From positions 32,001 through 96,000 of IMG/VR virus record IMGVR_UViG_3300032224_001676: a stretch of 64,000 bases of DNA; one strand, given 5' to 3'. The notes below the pieces were generated by a model. It saw nothing but the letters and a program-made list of their open reading frames with translations, was not told the origin of the DNA and ran no database searches. The translations under genes were made by a program, and so were the position numbers. The DNA is from a virus. Below, piece by piece: positions 57,241 through 64,000 of the stretch; position 1 is the stretch's first letter, and each line of letters starts with the position of its first letter.

Positions 57241-58164
57241 TTACCAACTTGCTATTATAACTAAACCACCACCACCATCACCACCGGCACCACCTGGGGT
57301 TCCACCACCACCTCCGCCACCACCAGATCCTATACCACCATTACCTCCTTTACTTCCAGTACCAGTAGTACTACTATTTCCTCCACTTCCACCCCAAGAT
57401 AAAAATGGTTTAAATATATTATTTCCATTAACTCCACTTCCAGAAGTTAATTGAGCAGGTAATAAACCATCTGGTAAATCTAAAGGAAGAGACAAAGAAG
57501 CAGAGCCTGGTGTACCTTGTACTCCTGCTGCTACTCCTGCACCGCCCCCACCTCCGGTTACAGATGTAGTAGATGCAATAGTATTTCCTGCTCCACCACT
57601 AGTTGAACCGTTTCCACCTCCGTTACCTCCAACATATTTTGTTTGGGATACAAAAGAATAATGACCTATATTGGCATCAGAATTAACTCCAACTGCTCCA
57701 CCAGAACCTCCAGCACTTGCCAACCCAACAAGACCACCTCCACCAGCATTAGCATATATTATAACATTAGGTATAGTGAAATAATCACTTAATCCTACAC
57801 TTGCATATACAAAACTATCTGATCCACCACTTCCACCTCCACTTGTTCCTCCTTTTCCTGTATTTCCTACAATTATTGAGAGTTTATCGGGTAAAAACAT
57901 AGCTGGGATTAGTATTGATTGTTGGGCACCACTTGCTCCACCACCTCCACCACCATTATTACCTCCTAAGGCTGATGTAAAACCAGCAGCTCCTCCTCCT
58001 CCACCTCCTATAGCCCATATAGCTACCATCTGTACGCCAGGAGGTTTATTCCATATGTATGGACTTTGTATAGTACCTATCCCAAAACTTGGGGTAGAAA
58101 ATATTTGAACATCTCCACTAAACTGTGGAGGTAAAAAACTATAATCTCTAGAATTCCCGTACAT
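57241..58164 (-). CDS. Glycine-rich virion protein (paralog 1)
   Basis: WNKPPG..V.IW.IGGGGGG and many GGxGG runs. Confidence 0.7.
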   Translation of the reverse strand: MYGNSRDYSFLPPQFSGDVQIFSTPSFGIGTIQSPYIWNKPPGVQMVAIWAIGGGGGGAAGFTSALGGNNGGGGGGASGAQQSILIPAMFLPDKLSIIVGNTGKGGTSGGGSGGSDSFVYASVGLSDYFTIPNVIIYANAGGGGLVGLASAGGSGGAVGVNSDANIGHYSFVSQTKYVGGNGGGNGSTSGGAGNTIASTTSVTGGGGGAGVAAGVQGTPGSASLSLPLDLPDGLLPAQLTSGSGVNGNNIFKPFLSWGGSGGNSSTTGTGSKGGNGGIGSGGGGGGGGTPGGAGGDGGGGLVIIASW

Positions 58165-58168
58165 AATA

Positions 58169-59134
58169 TTACCAACTTGCTATTATAACTAAACCATCTC
58201 CACCATTTCCACCTGTACCACCTGTGGTTCCAGCTCCTCCACCTCCACCCCCACTTCCAATACCACCTTTTCCTCCTCTTCCTCCCGCTCCTGTATCAAA
58301 ACTTCCTCCACCTGTACCACCAAAAGACATAAATGGTTTGAATCTTGTTATACCATCTATACCATTACCACCATTTGTTGTACCACCTGCTATATATGAA
58401 ACAACAGGAGTTAAAGCAAAATCTGGGCCGTCAAATGCTGCATTTAAAGATATTGCGCCCCCAGCAATTGGAGTTGTAGTAGCTATTCCTCCCCCTCCTG
58501 TTCCTTGGCCTGTAGAGTTAAGTATAAATTGGTTAGTAATAGCACCAGCAGCACCTCCAAGTTGAGAACCACCTGCTAATCCAACTAATCCAACTTGGAA
58601 TTTATAGAATATAGATGAAAAATAAAAATGTCCAACACTAGCTGCTGTAGTAATAGTGGGTACGGTTCCTGCTATACCAGCAGCTGTTCCTGATCCAGCA
58701 CCTCCTCCTCCAGGTTGGGCAATATTTGATTGTAATATTAAGTTGGGGATCGAGGTTCCGGCTGTTAAACCTACACCTGAAGCAACATAAGAATTTATCC
58801 CGGCTGCTCCAGCATTGTTAGCTATACCTCCAGCACCGCCTGCTCCTACAGAAACACGAAGTACATCTGGTAAATGGTGGGCAAAGAATAAAGCTGAGGC
58901 TGCACCTGATGATGCTCCACTTCCTCCACCTCCACCAGCCGCTCCTGATGCTCGAGTGAAGCCACCGCCACCACCACCTCCACCTCCTACGCACCACATA
59001 TAAACCATAGTAGCACCAGAGGGTTTGTTCCATGTTTGCCATTGGGTGTTTGTTGTACCCATAGAAAAAAACATTTGAACATCTCCTGTGAATTGAGGAG
59101 GTAAAAAACCATAATCTCTTGAACTTCCGTACAT
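58169..59134 (-). CDS. Glycine-rich virion protein (paralog 2)
   Basis: Shares MYG.SRDY.FLPPQF.GDVQ and GLVIIASW with its neighbour. Confidence 0.7.
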   Translation of the reverse strand: MYGSSRDYGFLPPQFTGDVQMFFSMGTTNTQWQTWNKPSGATMVYMWCVGGGGGGGGGFTRASGAAGGGGGSGASSGAASALFFAHHLPDVLRVSVGAGGAGGIANNAGAAGINSYVASGVGLTAGTSIPNLILQSNIAQPGGGGAGSGTAAGIAGTVPTITTAASVGHFYFSSIFYKFQVGLVGLAGGSQLGGAAGAITNQFILNSTGQGTGGGGIATTTPIAGGAISLNAAFDGPDFALTPVVSYIAGGTTNGGNGIDGITRFKPFMSFGGTGGGSFDTGAGGRGGKGGIGSGGGGGGAGTTGGTGGNGGDGLVIIASW

Positions 59135-59154
59135 AACTTTATATAGTTAAAGAA

Positions 59155-59613
59155 TTAATAATCACCTCCAAATACTGTTGCTTGCCACTGTTGGTTAGTT
59201 GTTTGTGCTACATGTTGTGACACTAGAATATACCTAGAGGCAGGAACAGCAATGTTAAGTGGGATTTCATAGTAGTTAGTAGCGGCTGTACTGTTGGCTG
59301 TTGAAATTGCCGGTACTGAGATTTCCGCTAATAAAGATGTATTAGTAGATGTTGGTGTTCCTGATCCTGTAGAACTTAAAAATACGCGTAATGTAGTCGC
59401 TACAGAATTGACTCCAGCGGCTGATGCTACTGTGTTGAAACGAACACGTTGTATAAAACTTCCGCTTGCGCCTGAGGTAAATACTAAAAATTGATCTGTA
59501 CCAATAGCATTAGTTGCTCCTCCATCTGATCTTGGATTTGTTGCGGTGGTTGTTATCTTTCCAGAACCTACATTTGGGGTTAAAGTGTAAATTGGGTTAA
59601 AATTTTGAGCCAT
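59155..59613 (-). CDS. Hypothetical virion protein
   Basis: 152 aa T/S/A-rich, ends FGGDY. Confidence 0.6.
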   Translation of the reverse strand: MAQNFNPIYTLTPNVGSGKITTTATNPRSDGGATNAIGTDQFLVFTSGASGSFIQRVRFNTVASAAGVNSVATTLRVFLSSTGSGTPTSTNTSLLAEISVPAISTANSTAATNYYEIPLNIAVPASRYILVSQHVAQTTNQQWQATVFGGDY

Positions 59614-59641
59614 ATTTTTTATTTTATTATAATTATATTGT

Positions 59642-61315
59642 TTAAAAACCTGAAAATAGTGTGTTTACTTTTGCTAATGCTACAACTTGGCCTTGGATAT
59701 TAGATACACTACTACCTCCACCTCCACCATTCATAGCATAAGATGCTGTTAAAGCGTAAGATGCAGAACCTTGTAGTGAACCAGTAATACTACCATTTAC
59801 TCTTAATGAACCTGTAATTTGAAATTGAGATCCTGATGCAAAAACTAGGTTTGATCTAGCTGAAGTGCTAGTACCATTTCCTATTATAAAAGCGTTTTGA
59901 GCTGATGAGGATTGGTTGAGTAAACCTTGAACATGTTGGCCATCACCGTTTGCTATTGTATAGTACCCTTCAGCGTGTGAATATTGTCCGTTTGCTGTTG
60001 TATATAATCCTTCAGCATGTGAGTATGGACCATTTGTTATTGTGAGATATCCTTCAGCATGTGAATTTTGTGCATTTGCTGTTGTATAATATCCTTCAGC
60101 ATGAGAACCTATTCCTGATACTGCTGTTGTTGTTGTGAGCATTCCTTCAGCGTGTGAAGCATCACCGTATGCTGTTCCTCCAGGAACAATTACTTCACCA
60201 TCACTATCATAAGTATATCCTCCTTCTGCGTGGGAGCCTAATCCTTGAGCTAATGTGGAAACTCCTTCAGCATGTGAGTAATATCCATTTGCCACAGTAA
60301 CATAACCTTCAGCATGTGAAGCAAAACCACCTACTATTGTGAAATTTCCTTCAGCATGTGAATACTGCCCATTTGCTGTTGTATATACTCCTTCAGTATG
60401 AGAAGTAAAACCATTTGCTATTGTATAGTATCCTTCAGCATGTGAGTAGTATCCATTTGTTGTTGTAGTACTACCAACTCCCTCAGCATGTGAATAATCT
60501 CCTCTTGCTATTGTACTGTTTCCTTCAGTGTGTGAATATTGTCCGTTTGCTATTGTGAAATATCCTTCAGCATGTGAATATGATCCTGATGCTTTATTTA
60601 ATTGCCCTTCAGCATGTGAATAAATTCCTGATGCTGTATTTTGGAATCCTTGAACATGAGAAAATAAACCTGATGCAAGTGATGCTGAGGCTTGATTAAA
60701 TATTCCTTGAATTGAAGTAGAACCAGATACATTTAATGAACCAGTTATAATATTTGTTCCAATTATAGTTTTACTTCCAGAAATAAATACGGAACCTGTA
60801 ATTGTTTTAGTTCCTATTAAGGTATTTGAACCTGTTATTATAAGCGACCCTGATATAATTTCATTTCCTATAAATGTGTTTGAACCTGTTGTGGCAAAAG
60901 ATCCTGTTTGAGTATTAGTTACAAATGAACTTGTAGCACTATTTAAAACATAGTTTGGAGCTAAAGACGCAGTAGCAGCATAAGAAGCACTTAATACTGT
61001 TCCTACAATAGCAGAAGCAGTTACATATGACGCGGTTTGAGCATAAGATGCTGTTCCTTGTAATGAACCTGTAAACCCAAGAGTAGAAGTTGTAGAACCA
61101 GTTATTATTAATGATCCTGTTATAATTGCAGAACCGGTATATGGAAATGCTGCCCCACTTCCTCCTCCAGAACCTGTAAATTCTTTTACAATGTTACCTG
61201 ATCCACTACCATAAAATAGTTTTCCATCTTTAGTATTGATGGCTAATTCACCCTGCTGTAATGAAGAGGGAATCACTCCTGATCCGGTACTATTTTTTAT
61301 TATTATTGTAGCCAT
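59642..61315 (-). CDS. SHAEG-repeat fibre with GELAIN-type N-terminal domain
   Basis: IIIKNS..PSSLQQGELAINTKDGKLFY, ITGS repeats, SHAEG repeats. Confidence 0.75.
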   Translation of the reverse strand: MATIIIKNSTGSGVIPSSLQQGELAINTKDGKLFYGSGSGNIVKEFTGSGGGSGAAFPYTGSAIITGSLIITGSTTSTLGFTGSLQGTASYAQTASYVTASAIVGTVLSASYAATASLAPNYVLNSATSSFVTNTQTGSFATTGSNTFIGNEIISGSLIITGSNTLIGTKTITGSVFISGSKTIIGTNIITGSLNVSGSTSIQGIFNQASASLASGLFSHVQGFQNTASGIYSHAEGQLNKASGSYSHAEGYFTIANGQYSHTEGNSTIARGDYSHAEGVGSTTTTNGYYSHAEGYYTIANGFTSHTEGVYTTANGQYSHAEGNFTIVGGFASHAEGYVTVANGYYSHAEGVSTLAQGLGSHAEGGYTYDSDGEVIVPGGTAYGDASHAEGMLTTTTAVSGIGSHAEGYYTTANAQNSHAEGYLTITNGPYSHAEGLYTTANGQYSHAEGYYTIANGDGQHVQGLLNQSSSAQNAFIIGNGTSTSARSNLVFASGSQFQITGSLRVNGSITGSLQGSASYALTASYAMNGGGGGSSVSNIQGQVVALAKVNTLFSGF

Positions 61316-61330
61316 TCTTTATTATAAATA

Positions 61331-61504
61331 TTAAAAAGTTCCTCCATCTATGGTAAGGCCATTACCATTCCCTGAGAATGAGCCTGTAAAGTTAAGTATT
61401 GCAAGTGATCCGGTACCATTATAGACATCGCTTCCATCCGACTGCAAAACGCGTTGGTAGCTGTCCTCAATATTTTGACCTGTGAAATCAAATGGTCCAG
61501 GCAT
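61331..61504 (-). CDS. 57 aa microprotein ending IDGGTF (not in the ORF track)
   Basis: MPGPFDFTGQNIEDSYQRVLQSDGSDVYNGTGSLAILNFTGSFSGNGNGLTIDGGTF fills the intergenic gap. Confidence 0.7.
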   Translation of the reverse strand: MPGPFDFTGQNIEDSYQRVLQSDGSDVYNGTGSLAILNFTGSFSGNGNGLTIDGGTF

Positions 61505-61517
61505 AACTTTTATTTAA

Positions 61518-62075
61518 TTATTTAGATAGTTTATCAACTATCCCGTTTATAATGTCTTGAACATAATTTTGTTCAATTTTATTTTCTTGTAAGTAAGTAC
61601 CAATTATATTATTTACTTTATTTTTCTTAATAGTTAAATTTTTAATGTTAATATCTTCTTTAATTAACATCCCAACTATTTTAATAATATGCTCAGTTAC
61701 AGGGTCAAATTCTTGAACCCCAGTAATTTGAATTTTAGGAGTAGACTCTTTTATCACTTCAGCGTCATTTGATTTGACTTCTACAGTTACTTTACGAGAT
61801 GCTTCTACTATAAAATCTGATTTCCAAGGGATAAAATACGTATCCTCTGCTATGACTTCAAGTTTTATTTGACCTGAGGTACTATTTTCTAATAATCCTT
61901 TTAATTTTTTAATAGGAATAGAGCATTTTCCATCTTTATTGATAGTTCCATTAAATAAAAAGCTTACATCTTTTGATTCGATGATTAATCGAGCCGAACT
62001 GTTTTTTAATGAAGCACCTTCAAGTTTAATATTACACTCAAATACTTCGGGTTTGTCAGTAAATAATTTATACAT
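61518..62075 (-). CDS. Hypothetical protein
   Basis: 185 aa, KLEVIAEDTYFIPW. Confidence 0.65.
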   Translation of the reverse strand: MYKLFTDKPEVFECNIKLEGASLKNSSARLIIESKDVSFLFNGTINKDGKCSIPIKKLKGLLENSTSGQIKLEVIAEDTYFIPWKSDFIVEASRKVTVEVKSNDAEVIKESTPKIQITGVQEFDPVTEHIIKIVGMLIKEDINIKNLTIKKNKVNNIIGTYLQENKIEQNYVQDIINGIVDKLSK

Positions 62076-62395
62076 TATAATTCTACTTTTATGTTTACTC
62101 CCAATACTTCTTTAGCGACTAGGGATACGTCCGATATACGTATTTTACGCTCTAGTATTTCTTTCGTTTCTTTGTATTCTTTACCTTCTACTTTACAAAG
62201 TAGTTTAATAAAACGTTTCTTTTTTTCCTTATCTTTAAAATAATCATCAGGTGCTTTACCAGCAGCCATTGCTTCTAGTAAATCTGTTATTAACGCACAA
62301 TCATCCCATGTAAATGGATTTTTACTTTGATTAGGGAATGGGTTTGTATTCCATGCAAAATTTGCGTCTCCCCATTTAAATGGTATCCTAGCCAT
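62075..62395 (-). CDS. Hypothetical protein
   Basis: 106 aa with W-spaced N-terminus. Confidence 0.6.
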   Translation of the reverse strand: MARIPFKWGDANFAWNTNPFPNQSKNPFTWDDCALITDLLEAMAAGKAPDDYFKDKEKKKRFIKLLCKVEGKEYKETKEILERKIRISDVSLVAKEVLGVNIKVEL

Positions 62396-62616
62396 TAAAA
62401 CGTTCCCCCATTAATATATGATGATGTATATGAAAAAGAAGCAGTAGTAGCAAATGAAGCACTAGCTATTTTTCCTATAATAAAAGAGGCAGTCGCAGCA
62501 AATGAAGCAGTAGTAGAAAAAGATGACACAGAAGCATAAGAAGCACTAATAGCACTGTTAGCACTTTGGGCTTGCAAAGCTGATTTAGCAAATTGGCTTT
62601 GTCTAACTGTAGTCAT
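62395..62616 (-). CDS. Small TASF-repeat protein ending INGGTF
   Basis: 73 aa; ATATTTAT at 62636-62643. Confidence 0.6.
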   Translation of the reverse strand: MTTVRQSQFAKSALQAQSANSAISASYASVSSFSTTASFAATASFIIGKIASASFATTASFSYTSSYINGGTF

Positions 62617-62642
62617 ATTGGATTAATTATCTGTTATAAATA

Positions 62643-63329
62643 TTAATCTCTATATTCTTGGTAAAGTTTTAAAATAGGTTCAACTATTTCATGGCGATGA
62701 TTAGTTTTTAAAGTGATTACTTTTACTCCTTTAATTTCAGATTCTAAACGAGTAAAAAACCCAATACCACTATCTTTCTTTTGTTTTAAGTCGGTTTGAG
62801 TTATGTCTCCACAAAATACCATTTTCCCACCTTTACCTAAACGACCTAACATCATTTCAGTTTGACCATGGGTAATATTTTGACATTCATCTACAATCAC
62901 AAAACAATTAGGGAATGTTCTACCTCGCATAAACGCAAAAGGTACAATTTCAATTTGATTTTCAGCTACCATTTTGTCTACTTTATCTTTATCATAAAGC
63001 AAATGTAAGTTAGCATATATAGGAGCTAACCAAGGATCCATTTTTTCTTTTAGATCGCCTGGTAAGAATCCAATATCTTCTTTAGCCACAGTAGGTCGTG
63101 TGATTACAATTTTTTCAACTTCTCTTTTAAAAACCATGTCTAATGCTATTTGACATGCAACTAATGTTTTACCTGATCCTGCCATTCCTTTTATTAAGGT
63201 AACAGGATTTTCTAGAATTAATTGTTTTGCTTCTTTTTGCTCATTATTAAGTTCTATTTTAAATTTAATAGGATTTTTAGGTTTTCTTTTGTTTTGAAAT
63301 ACCTCATCATTGTAATCGTTTGAAGCCAT
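62643..63329 (-). CDS. phoH: PhoH-family ATPase
   Basis: GMAGSGKT, IGFLPGDL.EKMDPW, FMRGRTF, DECQN, GDITQTD, RHEIV. Confidence 0.95.
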   Translation of the reverse strand: MASNDYNDEVFQNKRKPKNPIKFKIELNNEQKEAKQLILENPVTLIKGMAGSGKTLVACQIALDMVFKREVEKIVITRPTVAKEDIGFLPGDLKEKMDPWLAPIYANLHLLYDKDKVDKMVAENQIEIVPFAFMRGRTFPNCFVIVDECQNITHGQTEMMLGRLGKGGKMVFCGDITQTDLKQKKDSGIGFFTRLESEIKGVKVITLKTNHRHEIVEPILKLYQEYRD

Positions 63330-63330
63330 A

Positions 63331-63999
63331 TTATTTGTATATTAGTTTAACTAACGTGTCTATCCCCGCTTCTACGTGAGTTGTGTCGGGATGTATTAAT
63401 TCAAAGTTATAACGCTCATCTAACGGTAATACCAAATCTACTTGACTGCCCCAACGTATTAAACTAAATCTTTCATTTTGGGTTAGATAAGTATTTTGAT
63501 ATTTAACAAATGGAGCTATAACATCTACGTCTTCATCTGCTATTTGTATTAAATAGTAAGAGTAATCTAATGAAGGCGAATAAATTTCATTAAACATTCG
63601 CTCATTATTTTTTAAATAATCTAAATTATTAGGGTTAATAGCTTTATTTAAAATATCTTTTTCAAGTGCTAACATAGGTTTGTTAGTTGACTCTATACTT
63701 TCAATTGGATCATATTTTAATATACCCGAATATGGTATTCTATTAATATGAACATCATAAAATGACATAAATACACCAATTACAAGAGACGGAGTATCAT
63801 ATGTTGGATCGCACATCACATCTTGTAATGTATAATTTACACCTTTAATTTCTACAACTGGGTCTTTTGGGTTAGTTATAAACTTTTGGTATAAAATAGT
63901 TCCATCAGCTGGTGAAAAAAAGTATTCATTATTGATAAAATTGGTACGAGGTGGATCTCTAAAGAAAAAAGTATTTGAAAGATCACCTGTAGGTAATTT
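63331..63999 (-). CDS. psd: Phosphatidylserine decarboxylase proenzyme (5' end outside the window)
   Basis: Frame is open beyond the ORF-track start: FFFRDPPR, SPADG, VFMSFYDVHINRIP, NER, WGSQV cleavage motif. Confidence 0.85.
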   Translation of the reverse strand, partial: KLPTGDLSNTFFFRDPPRTNFINNEYFFSPADGTILYQKFITNPKDPVVEIKGVNYTLQDVMCDPTYDTPSLVIGVFMSFYDVHINRIPYSGILKYDPIESIESTNKPMLALEKDILNKAINPNNLDYLKNNERMFNEIYSPSLDYSYYLIQIADEDVDVIAPFVKYQNTYLTQNERFSLIRWGSQVDLVLPLDERYNFELIHPDTTHVEAGIDTLVKLIYK

Positions 64000-64000
64000 A

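Noticed and set aside
2227-59494. All + strand ORFs in the track and short nested minus-strand ORFs (for example 8-220, 20475, 36085, 54045, 55992, 58818)
   Set aside because: They overlap well-supported genes and look like antisense or alternate-frame shadows with no motifs.
11743-61315. Diversity-generating retroelement acting on fibre genes
   Set aside because: No reverse transcriptase in the window and no template/variable repeat pair with adenine-specific differences was seen.
1-64000. Stop-codon reassignment
   Set aside because: Core genes are full length under the standard bacterial code and coding density is high.

Overview
This 64 kb window is an AT-rich segment of a large myovirus-type (contractile-tail, T4-like replisome) phage genome, and essentially every real gene lies on the minus strand. 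In window order it carries: a glycosyltransferase (cut by the left edge), a Cas4-like nuclease, clamp loader and clamp, GroEL/GroES, a family B DNA polymerase split in two by a free-standing GIY-YIG endonuclease, an island of repeat-rich fibre genes, a 7-deazaguanine (FolE/QueD/QueE/QueC/DpdA-like) cluster with an embedded HPRT and MazG-like pyrophosphatase, a probable spanin module, class Ia NrdAB, helicase/RNase H/RecA/SSB, a second (PolA-type) polymerase, the tail and neck module, many more fibre/adhesin genes, PhoH and a phosphatidylserine decarboxylase (cut by the right edge). Two promoter classes can be read directly: Bacteroidota-type TTTG-N19/20-TAnnTTTA sites before replication and metabolism genes, and an ATATTTAT motif before virion genes. 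The host is therefore inferred to be a Bacteroidota member. The best candidate for a new system is a possible pre-replicative (nucleotide-level) guanine replacement pathway. Other notable items are the endonuclease-split PolB, a cassette flanked by a duplicated nrdA 3' end, a +1/-2 frameshift before the tape measure gene, and a mosaic family of SHAEG-repeat fibres. All calls come from motif recognition by eye; no database searches were run. No tRNA, rRNA or CRISPR array was seen.
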